From: Podarcis vaucheri
Taxonomy: Eukaryota
Reading direction: 5' to 3' (one strand)
Length of the DNA stretch: 64,000 nucleotides
Assembly: GCA_965113315.1 (NCBI GenBank)
Contig: OZ220372.1
The position numbers and the translations under genes were made by a program. Position 1 is the stretch's first letter, and each line of letters begins with the position of its first letter. Positions 1 through 11,800 of this stretch are shown here, in pieces. Under the pieces are notes generated by a model that searched no databases, was not told where the DNA came from, and saw only the letters and a list, made by a program, of their open reading frames with translations.

Positions 1-1259
1 CTGTTATTATGATGATATATTTCTGTAAATTACATTGGCAAGAGTTATCGTAGAAGATAATTCCTCATTGGAGGAAAAATCTTGCCAGTTTTTACAAACA
101 GAGCATCTTTCCATTCTGTTCAAATGCACATATGAAGTTTTGTGCCCTTTTAAACACATGATCAATCACAACTTTTAATACTTTTTTGAAAGTTTATTTG
201 AGTTGAGTTCCATTGCTGCAGTTCAAGGACATGCCTTGGATCAATAACCCATTAAGCAATCTTCACATGCCTTGCTTCAAGGTTGAATAATCATGGCTAA
301 CACCAGGGGAATACACTAACAGTTCTTCTGAGCAGACCAGGTTTGGATGATGAATCGAAGACTTCCAGAAAAACTTCCATGCAGACTCTTCTGGAAGTTT
401 CAGGTGTCAGTGCAGTTTCATTAGGAAGAAGACTTCAAAAAGGACCAATCATTTTGGTTTTCCCCAAGAAGCTCTGGGGGAAAAATACAGAAGCATGTTT
501 GGGGGGGACAACGACCTGGCTGCCGGAGGAACTATTACATTTTAAAGCAGTAATTTAGGTGATAATTTGTTTACAATGAGAAAAATAAACCAATGACCTC
601 TGGGGTATAGGCAGATTGCAGCAACTATCTTCTCTAATAAACTCCTCTCCTGGAAGATGGCCTAATTCTAATTTTAAGACAGCTGTCACAATTAAAGTCT
701 TGCCTTGTTCCACAGTTTATGCTATGGTTGATTTCTGTTGTCTTGCAGTCCTTGACTGAATAAACTTAAGGTGTCCAGTCAAATCCTGTATTTAGGAAGC
801 CAGTTCACTTTAGAATGAAATCTGATGTCAGCAAAAATACTTGAAGACAGTAACACTAAATTTGGAAAGAAGGAAAACATCTTTGCACACACCATGTTGC
901 CAATTTCAAACCAATGTTCATTCCCTTTAGACTTCTAGAGGCTTTCAGTTAGGAAATGTATCGGTGCTGGGAACAGCTTAAACACATTTTTTATGGAACC
1001 AGGGTGACGAGAACATATGTCTACTTCTTCCATATATATAAACTATTTGACAAAAGTAATGGAATTTGACAATCAAAATAGAACCTGCAGCCCTCTGAGG
1101 TGCTTATAACCCTCTTTATTGTACATGATGTCACTGTCAAGTTCCTTCATACCCTGTTTGTTCTGATCAGCATTGGCCCTTTGTCATGAATGTGTCTCCC
1201 TCAGTTCAAGCTCATTAGCCATGTGGTTTGTGTTCACTTCTTTTTGTTTCCTTCCTTAG

Positions 1260-1514
1260 CCTCAACGTGGCTGTAGCATGTCGGTTTGTCCTTCCCCTCT
1301 TTCTTTCCCTCCGCTGTCCCAAATCCCTCTCAGTGCTCCTTCTACTCCACCATCAGTGTTATGCGCACCTCTTTCTCCTTCTTACCTTCGGACTGCCCCT
1401 GAGGAAACTTTTGGCGAAAAGCTTTCCAAAGCTTTGGAGAATGTCCTGCCCATGCACACCGCCTCTCCACGCAGCAAGCGGCGTTCCAGCCTGCCTTCCC
1501 TCTTTCTCCACCCT
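1260..1514 (+). CDS. WNK1: WNK1 neural cassette exon 8b (255 nt, phase 0-0)
   Basis: ttccttag|CCT...CCT|gtatgt; [10 protein letters not shown]...[37 protein letters not shown]. Confidence 0.9.
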
Positions 1515-4500
1515 GTATGTCACTGTATGACTCCTGGCACATTGCAGATAAGTCACCACTAAATACATCCTGGCGTCATTCTTCAAATTAGATAAGAGAC
1601 AAAATGGGGACTGTGTTAGCCTGTGCTTCTGGAAAGTTGATTCTTCTTCCTCCTCCAAAACCTAAGAGTTAATGTGCCTGAAGTTTCAGGGAAAAGCTGA
1701 AGTGCAGCATGCAGTTTAAATGAAATCTGCAAATTATATGGATTAGTTCTGATCTGATTTATACACTTTGATTTGGGGGCTACAGTTAATAATTCTTCAA
1801 ATCATATGTATATGTAGCTGGCTAGAACCATGCCAGTGCCATTGAAAACCACCGTGGGGCATCTGTGAATGCTTGCTGCCATTTAACAGGAGGGAAAGTT
1901 TCCAGCTCTGACCATTATGGAGAAAAGGTTCTGGTGAACAGGCAGCATGAATCAAAGACTCAAATTGCTAGAAGTCTAGTTCATCTGTTCAGCTCTTAAT
2001 TTTTGTCGTGTGCTACTTCCTTGTATACTACATTTCTCCTTTCCTTGTTCTTACTTCCAGAACTGATGCCAAAACTAATGTGACGGTCACTGCTTCCACT
2101 TGGGGATAATTGATTTCCTATTAATTTATTCTTGCTTTGATTGAAGTGATAAGTCATTAGAGCAGGAGAGGAAGATAGAATCACTTTCTACAGAACAGAA
2201 AAACACATTGCCTTCTATTCACAGAGGGTGTAGGACTAATCCTCACTCTGTACTGTTAATTGTGTCATATAAGAGTTTGCTCCTGCTTTTCCAGAATATA
2301 AATCAAAACTTTGGTGCAATGGGAGAGAGAGAGAAATTGTAAGTGATATATAAAGGTGAAGTGGCATATAAGCTTTATACAGGGGTGCTATAATTGATCC
2401 CATTGATATATTTTCTACAATCTTTTGTGCATGAATTAGGAGATTAGAAATCTCCTTGGTGATGCACTAAAATGTTCAACACTTAATTGATGGTACACGT
2501 TTGAAAGGACAGTACGTTTCCGAAGAAGTTAAATTTCTTGTTTTCCCCCAGATTCACAACAGAATTTTTTCCTTGAAAGGCAACTAATTTTGATAGGAAA
2601 TAAATAATGTGTTGAGAAATAGTCATGTTTTCATTAAAGAAAGTTGTCCAAAGTTTTTTATATAGACAGAAGGAGATGGGTGGAAAAGCAGCTTCTAACA
2701 AAAGCAAATACTCATATAGACACTGATATCTGCCAAGGATGTATTTAATGGATATGTATAACCCTTCAAAGCATTTTACGTGTTGACCATGAACTAGGCG
2801 TAGCCATTCTATAAGGTTACTAAAGAGAGCTGCCTATTGAGCTGAACATGCTAATATGCTTCTATAACGTGTGAATTACTTGTCTTGTTCATGTCAATAC
2901 AGCCTCAATCCATGGTGCATCCGTGTGGGGGAACCCCAACGTTCCCAGATTCCCAAGTATTTTTTCCAACCGTTCATGAACGGCCAGTGTCTTTCTCGCC
3001 ACCACCCATCTGCCCTTCACGGGTGGCCATTTCTCAGCGACGCAAGAGCACTTCCATCCTTGAAGCCCAAACCTGCCACTTCCAGCCCTTGCTCAAGACT
3101 GGTCAGAGTTTTGTTCTCCCTGTTGGTAGTCCAGCAACTTGGACACCAGAGGGACTGGTGACAATGAGCAGCACAGCTGGGGAGCATATGCAGGCTAACC
3201 CTGGTTTTGACTCGGCTCAAGGGTTGAGTGATTACAGATCTGGACAAGCGCTTTCAAAGGATGCTGCAAGCATGTTGACTCAAGAAGCAATGTATTTAGT
3301 GGGCATGCACTACCAGTCCCAGTTGCCAGAACACTATGATACAGTGCCCCAGAATCCCCAGGGGACTGAGCAACACTTACAGCAGGCTCCTGAACAGAGA
3401 AATTTGCAAGGCGGCCCCCCGCAGAGTTCTACTTTTGAATATCAAACTGGGCAGCCATTTCTGGCAAGACAGATTCAGAACTTGAGACTGGATTCTGGAA
3501 TGAATCCACCATCACCATTGTCTAGTATGTCAGCACCACTGAGTGCAGATGCCACACAAATGAATTTTCACCCAGTATTTGTTCCACATTCTGCACCTGC
3601 CATACTCACTCACAGTGCGGACGGTCGAGCAAGTTGTGTGTTTGAGTTCCATGTTCAAGCACCCAGTGCAACTGCAGGAGACGGTGCTGTCCTCTCACAG
3701 CGCGTTTATAGAAATCGCCGAGGCTCCACAGATTTTAACCAGGAGGAGTCCCCTCAGACAACCGTACAGCCTGGTCGTCTTCAGCCTGTAACGGAAGAGC
3801 AGTGCAGCTACCTAGGTTCTGAGTTCATGGTGCCTAGAGCCAGTTCTGTCTTACAGAGCTGGCCAGAAGGTAGCCCAGGATACTCCAGTGATTCATCACA
3901 GTTGACTTCCTCAGACACTGGTGATTTTCTTTCTCCTCCTCCCACTGGGGTATCTGCATCGTATGATTCAGGCTTGCCTCTGCCTGCTGCCCAGCTGACT
4001 CAGAAGGCATTTCAGGATTCACAGATCATCTTCCACTTCCCACAGGGAACTTCATCTCAACAGGCTTTCTCGGCACTGGCTTCATCAGGACCATCTACAC
4101 TCTATCCTCAGGTTACAGGAACAAATGTTTCCAAATTACTTCGTTTTTCGTAAACCCCTTCATAGTGCAAAACTCCTTGTATTCCTTATCCTGTTTCAAC
4201 CTTTCCTTAATCTCCTCACATCCCTGCAAATTACTGCAGTATTTGAGATTAGAACAGTATTGTGTGGTTGTTGAAGCTTCTGTGGTCCTAGCTTACTAGG
4301 AGCATCCCTCATTGTGATCAGTTTATGTCGTATGTATTGATGGTTGTCAAAACCTTGCCGTGTGAGCCTGTTTAATATGGTAACAAGTGCTGGTCATTTA
4401 ACAATGTTGAAAAAAAATTCTTTTTTACTTATCTGATGCTCACTTGGATGCTCAGGTAAGAGAAATACAGAGACTGTTTCACAGCCTGAAGATGTACTAG

Positions 4501-7500
4501 ACTGGATGAAGTAATAACCGTTCTCTATAAACACAAACCAAAGCAGTACCACTCTATATTCATACTGTGCCAAGTAGTGCCCTCCTTTCTTAACACATGC
4601 ACCTTCTGGGTCTTATTGTAGGTTAGAGGCACTGTGTTGTACAGAACTGATTAGAGTTGGAGGTTTTTCTGTCTTACTGTTGCAGAGGTCAACAAGTGGC
4701 AATCTCTAGGTCAAACCACCCTCCTGCGTGATGTGTGTTTTCTAACTGCCAACCATACAGGGGTATTCATAAGCAGTAATAGCAGGAAGGTGTGAGAGTT
4801 TGGCTTATTCTGTCCTCACCATAAATAGGTAAGGGGACTGTCCAGCAAAATTATTGGCTGACCAGTTTGTGTGGTCTATGAAATAGATTTTGTGAGTCTT
4901 CAAAGCATTGCAAAAATGCACAAACCTGTTTGATTTGTAGGACAGAGACAATGATAGTGTGCTCCAAGGAAGACTTTATTACTCTATTTACAACTCCCTG
5001 GGAAAACTTTGTGTAACATTGAAGAAGGACTATTCTGCAGTCATAAAACTGCAATAGCCTGGTTCATACATTATGCTAAGCCATGGCTTGTTTAGCCAAA
5101 GCGTGGTTTGCTTGAATATCCAAATTCTCCAGAGCAGACCTCAAGGTGAAGCTATAGTGGTGGTTGACTTACAAACGATGGCTTGTTTTCTTCTAGAGTT
5201 TGACATATCTAAATCCATCAGTCTTGCTTAACCATGATTTGTATTATCCCACCACCACAGGCACTTGCCAAGCTTCAATTGCATGAGGGAAAAGCAGTTG
5301 GAGAAACAAGTCGTGACTCCCCCCTCCCCTTAGTTTTCAAGGTGACTTGTGGTTTCTTGAGCAAACTATTATTAGAACAGACCATAGCTTACCACTATGT
5401 TTGTGAGCACAACCATTGTAACATGCTTCCATATAAACAAGATGCTAAACTATCTTTAGAAAGCAAACAGCATGAAAAGTTTTTACAAAATTATTCATCA
5501 GACAAATGCCCAGAAAACAAAATATGTAGGGCAAGCTTCCTCAACCTCTGCCCTCCAGATGTTTTGAGACTACAGTTCCCATCATCCCTGACCACTGGTC
5601 CTGCTAGCTAGGGATCATGGGAGTTGGAGGCCAAAAACATCTGGAGGGCCAAGGTTGAAGAAGCCTGATGTAGGGTATACATACTTTTTGTAAGGCAACC
5701 CACAAATAATAATAATAATTTATTATTTATACCCCGCCCATCTGGCTGGGCTTCCCCAGCCACTCTGGGTGGCTTCCAAAAAAATATTAAAATACTGTAA
5801 TACATCAAACATTAAAAGCTTCCCTAAACAGGGCTGCCTTCAGATGTCTTCTAAAAGTCTGGTAGTTATTATTCTCTTTGACATCTGGTGGGAGGGCATT
5901 CCACAGGGAGGGCGCTACTACCGAGAAGGCCCTCTGCCTGGTTCCCTGTAACTTCCCACTAACAAAGGATAGTGAATATTGATAAGAGTTTTTAACTGTA
6001 CAAATATGCTTTGAAGCATTTTAACTCTTAAAAATTACATTGAGAGTCTCTGTCTTTCAACTTTGATTTGATTTGATTTTGCTGACAGTCTTAATTGTTT
6101 TCACTGGCATAAACTAGTTACCACCATTGAGAGACTATAGTTTGCAGCACCCATGGTAGTAGCTCAGTTGAATGCTATGGGTTTCACGAGCATCAATCAG
6201 TAGTGTTTGGGTAACATAAGAGGAATCAATTTTCTTAGAGCAATTTCACATCAGTCTTGAGATGCAGATCTTCACAGCCTGGTAAGGTGGCATGTCTTAA
6301 GTGTTGTGGAAGTCTCTGGTTCAAATCTTGCCTCACTTATAAACTGCTGCCTTCAGCCCTCAATTGTCAATATGAGGACAATAAGCTGACCTTCTTTACA
6401 GGTTTCATGAGATAATGTATTTCCAGTGTTTTAGAAAAGCACCATGCAAGTATTTAGTGTGAAGTCTTGGAAGTAAATGTTTTTTTTCTGAAAACAAAAC
6501 CTCACTTTTTACTGATAGCAGCATTTCAGTAACAGTAGGGAAACTAGTAATGTGAAAGTTTTATTCCTTTGCTCACTTTATATTAGTGACTTGTAACTTG
6601 TTGCTTTTTCTGGGCCCTAGTAGTTTTTTTTTTGGAACAGTAGACACATTTTTTTTTGGTGGTGGGGAAACAGTTTTTATTACTGAGACATGGGAATGCT
6701 GTATTTACAAGTTCCTTTGTGGATTTCCTTGGAGAAATCAGCAGACGTTGAGAAATGTTTCTGTGGTGAAACTTGAACATAAACAGGCAAAATAGATTCC
6801 ACAGAAGCACTTAATTCAGATCCAAACCTTACAGGATGAACCTCACAAGCTAACTGAATAGTATTTTCTCCTACCTCTCAAAATGACCCCACAGCTCTGT
6901 CCCATGTTTCCACCATACTGCCAGCGTATATAGAATATGCTTGTTTGATAACAATCTGACACCATACGTTCCTATAGGTTTGACTTGGCTAAATGAACTC
7001 CTTCGGCTACCTTTTTTCTTTCAAATTCTTTGTGTAATTGTCCAAATATTGTATACCTTATTCAACCTTGTCACTGCAACATTACAAGCTTTAGCTCTGA
7101 TTTTTCCACTTTGTACATACCATTTTTCCATTATATACCAAGATAAAGCCCAGAATGTGGTATACATTTCAGTATGCTGCAAATGTCTTTTTCAAAAATG
7201 ATCATTGCCATTCCAGTTTGGGTAGTTGGCTTTTCTTTTCTTTCTTTCACATCCATTCATGATTATTGTGCCTTGCTTACTTATTAAAATGGGAAGTTAT
7301 TAGCTGGAAATCAAAATTCCAGGACAAGTCTTAGTTATGATGCTTATTAAGATGAATTAATATTGGCCTAGATTACATATTGCTTGTAAATGCAGATATT
7401 TAATGGAGCTAAACCAAACTACAGCTCATTGTTTCCTCTTGTGCTAGCATAGCCTGATGCAGATCTTTGACAAACTGCATGAGGATAAGATTTGCATTGT

Positions 7501-8769
7501 AGAAATGCATCATGCAGAACTTAGACTTGCAACTTGTATTAGATGCTACAAAAATAATGCATTGTAAAACAATGCATTGCAATGACAGTACTTTGTTTGA
7601 AGCGTCCATATTGAATGGTGTTCTAATTCATTGGGGCTGTTTAACTACAGGCCAGTGTTGTTCAGGTGCTTATTTTCAGTACAGAAGTTGGCAAAGAATC
7701 TGATTCTCTGTCTTTTTCCTTTAGGCGCAGATGAAAGGGCAGCCAACCTCAAACGCTTCATCAGTTGGCACATCATCCCAGCTAATGCAGCCAAGTCAAC
7801 AGGTAATGATGAGCAACTGTTTTTCATATATTTCTGTAGGTTGAGGATATTCAGTGCAGTTCTTTTTTTATAGTGTTTTCAGTGTTTATCCCCAAGTTTG
7901 ACTCGGTAGCAGGTTGGACTACTCATGGCTCTCCAGCTGATGCTGGACTCCAGCTCCCATCACCATGAGCAAATACAGGCAATGGTCAGAGAAGATGGGA
8001 GTTGTAGTTCAACAACATCTAGAGGACAAGAAGTCAGCTACCTTGTTTCTAGGTAGGAAAGGTGGGTTATGGTTAAATTAACATATACTAAAGTGAATTT
8101 TGTACATTTCGTTTTATTTCTTTGGGGATTTGCTGTGGAATTCGTTTAAGATTTGTATTTTTAAAATTTTACTTTTCTGCTTCCAAGTTATAGGTGATTA
8201 TCATTCCTTTGACTTAGCTTGATTTATTCTGTATGCTTTCCCCAGAAATGTGCCCAAAATAATATTTGGTGTAAGTTTGTTAATGTGTTGAAAACGATTA
8301 ACTGTAGAAATCAGTCCCATTTAACAGTTAGCTTTCATCTTGCATGAGACAATTTCATGTGGTGTTCCTATGTAACTTTTCTCAAAAAGCTTTGCTCTGC
8401 ATGCAAACTTTTCTGGTATTAGTAGTTGGCAAAGTATAGATAGAATGTTCCTGGTTCCAGTAAACTATGATTTCAAAAAGTAAAAACAAGCAATGAACTT
8501 GAGCTGTATCTCCTCTAAGCTCTGAGGGCCTTCTAGCTGCTCCCTCATTGCGAGAAGTGAGGTCTTCTTGGTAGTGGCACCCATCCTGTGGAACTTCCTC
8601 CCATCAGATGTCAAAGGGATAAATAATTATACGACCTTTCATAGATACATGAAGGCAGCCCTGTATCAGGAAGCTTTTATTGTGTGGTGTTCCATATTCT
8701 GTTGGAAGCCACCCAGAGTCCAGAGTAGCTGGGACAACCCAGTTAGATGGGCAGGGTACATTATTATTA

Positions 8770-8810
<41 letters not shown>

Positions 8811-11800
8811 TCTTCCTATGTCTGGCTTCAGAACACACTGTTTACTGTGTTATTTGAACTGGGAAATTGTGTTTCAAGATCTCCCTATGAACTTATATTG
8901 CAAGACATGTTTGGTTTGGGTTTCCAGGAGGCCTTAAATCACAGTTTTCTTGTTTGAGCTTCCTATTTTTTTAAGCCAAGTTCCAATGAAAGGCTGAACT
9001 TCACTTTTGTCTGAGTGCTAGTTGTTGATTCCCTTCCCACCATGCACATGCTTGTATAGTGTCACCTCCCCACCCCCCAACCTTTAAGTAAAGGTAAAGG
9101 GACCCCTGACCATTAGGTCCAGTCATGGCCAACTCTGGGGTTGCGGCGCTCATCTCCCTTTATTGGCCGAGGCAGCCGGCGTACAGCTTCCAGGTCATGT
9201 GGCCAGCATGACTAAGCCACTTCTGGTGAACCAGAGCAGCGCACGGAAACGCCGTTTACCTTCCCGCTGGAGCGGTACCTACCGTATTTTTCGCACCATT
9301 GGACGCACCGGACAATAGGACGCACTTTGTTTTAGAGGGGGGAGAACAAGGGAAAAAAAATCTGCCCCTCTCTGCCCAGCGCCCCTTTTAAGGTGCGTTC
9401 AGGCGGCTACCTTGGAAGCCTGGAGAGCGAGAGGGGTCGGTGTGAACTGATCCCTCTCGCTCTCCAGGCTTCAGGTTCCTTTCCACCTGCTCTTTGGGGC
9501 TGGCGGGGGGAAGCCCACCACCAGCCCCAAAGAGCAGGTCAGGGAGCAGCGGAAAGGCGCAGCGGACAGGCTCCTGCCATAGCCAGGCGTCACCTCTCCA
9601 GCCGGGAGAACGTGCGCGGGGCTAAAGAAGCACCTGCGACCCTCTCCTGGCTGGGGAGGTGACGCGTGGCTATAGAGGCTCCTGCCATAGCTGCGTGTCA
9701 CCTCTCCAACTGGGAGAGGGTCGCGGGAGGCTGCTTTAGCCCCGCGTGCGCTCTCCCGGCTGGGGAGGTGACGCGCTGCTATAGAGGCTCCTGCCATAGC
9801 TGCGTGTCACCTCTCCAGCTGGGAGAGGGTCGCGGGAGGCTGCTTTAGCCCCGCGCGCGCTCTCCCGGCTGGGGAGGTGACGCGCTGCTATAGAGGCTCC
9901 TCTCCCAGCTGGGGAGGTGACACGCAGCTATGGCAGGAGCCTCTATAGCAGCGCGTCACCTCCCCAGCTGGGAGAGCGCGCGCGGGGCTACGCGTCTTCG
10001 CTCCATAGGACGCACACACATTTCCCCTTCATTTTTGAAGGAGAAAAAGTGCGTCCTATAGAGCGAAAAATACGGTATTTATCTACTTGCACTTGATGTG
10101 CTTTCGAACTGCTAGGTGGGCAGGAGCAGGGACCGAGCAACGGGAGCTCACCCTGTCGCAGGGATTCGAACCGCCAACCTTCTGATCAGCAAGTCCTAGG
10201 CTCTGTGGTTTAACCCACAGCACCACCCACGTCCCTTGACCTTTAAGTAGGCTGTGCTTATTTTCAGTTGTTTCTCAGGAAGTTTGTGCTAACTCTACCT
10301 CAGTACTGTTGAACATCTGAAAACAATATATTATCATTAGAATACACACATACACAGCAGGAATTCAGATATACCCAAGACAAGATCAACTGCTGCAAAA
10401 TATTTCCAGCTAAAAGGTGTTTTTGTCCAGTGTAAATAATCTGCTGTTGTTTTTTCTTCTGTGACAGAGCACCCAGCCTTCAGCCTCTTCACAACAGACT
10501 GGGCAATACCAAGTTCAGCAGCCTTCAGTTTCCAGTGGAGCTGCTCCATCGCAGCCAGTTACTCAGCAAGCACAAATAATGTCTGTGCCTCAGGTAGCAG
10601 CTGGGACACAGGTAAACTACAACTTGCTCTCTCCTGGAGGGCTTCTGTCTGGACTACCTGAATTGTTTGCAGCTAAGCCCCCTTCATTTATGTGACAAAA
10701 CAGGGTATATAGATATATCTAGTTGGAAATGTGTTGTCTGGAAGAGTACAATGAAAGTATTAGGATAAGGAAAATCAGTGTATTAAATGGGAAGACTTAA
10801 CCCATCAACTTTTGTCATGGTCTAAAATGCAATGCCTGATTTTGAAAAAGTTAGAAAACCTGTGTGTTGTTTGAGAGTGCATGTGTGTGTGCATAGTTTT
10901 TGTTGTTTTTTTAAAATCAGTGTAGGGGGTCAGTGGCTCAGTATCCCAACACTGAGTGCTCTTCAAGATGAGTCTCCTTTTTTCTCCACATCTCCCTCCT
11001 TCACTCCTTGCCCTAGAGGCTTTTTGCTGACTCCAGATTGGTCCTGTAGATGTATATACTTTTGAATCCCAGAATACTAAATTTTTGTGGCAATTTTGCT
11101 TAAGTTTCCTGAAAAATTTCCTGTTGCATTTCTCGCTCTGCTTTTTGGCACTAACAAGAGTATTTCTATATGTTGGCCGAGTGGCTTTTAATTCCCCCTG
11201 ACCTTAGGCTCCTACACCCATATGAGGGGTTATTAGAAGTGTGTTCTAGATAAACTGATGCCATGCTATAATAATAATATATTACTACTACTACTACTAT
11301 TCTTATTATTACTACCCCACCCATCTGGCTGGGTGTCTTGACCTTGTTTCTCCATCCTGAAATTCTCCTTCGATAACAAGGATAATTTCTCCAAAATGTT
11401 AAAGATATGCATCAAAAAAGAGCACCAAAAATTGCTAATTGGAAGTAACCCTCCCAGCCACTCTGTCAAATATATTCCTTCCCTGCACCTGTTAAGTGTG
11501 GTGTAAACATTTCCCCCCTTTTCTTGGACTAATGCAATTAAAAGCCTGCTTCCTGCAACCTTTCTCCTTAAAGGTCTATCTTTTTCTTTACCTCCCCAGC
11601 TTCCTGTTTCCCAGCCAGTGCCGATCATCCAAGGTGAAACACAGTTACCTATGGCAGTGCCTTCCCTTCCTCAGCCTTCAGTTGCCCCTGTCATGCCCAT
11701 TGGCTCTCATTTTCTCCCTATGGGCCCGTCCTTACAGACTCCCCTTCACCCACAGTTCTCAGTTTCTCAGATGCCCATAGCAACACCTCATGTGTCAGTG

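Larger units (their letters stand above)
9091..10238 (-). mobile_element. Sauria SINE, full length, interrupted by a nested MITE
   Basis: AAAGGTAAAGGGACCCCTGACC tail (reverse of ACCTTT repeat); tRNA-like head at 10150-10236; 11-bp TSD ACCTTTAAGTA at 9080-9090 and 10239-10249. Confidence 0.9.

Noticed and set aside
361-398. Hairpin ACTTCCAGAA...TTCTGGAAGT as a ncRNA
   Set aside because: A single 10-bp stem with no other supporting motif; too little evidence.
2885-4153. 422-aa ORF as an independent single-exon gene
   Set aside because: It is the HSN2 exon of WNK1 plus intronic overhangs, with in-frame splice sites at 2903 and 4111.
8568-8957. Poly-Ile / poly-Leu membrane protein ORFs
   Set aside because: Translation of the (TTA)n tail of a LINE fragment.
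9568-9990. CRISPR-like repeat-spacer array
   Set aside because: The spacers are the same sequence (direct or inverted), the array lies inside a TIR element in a vertebrate intron, and there are no cas genes.
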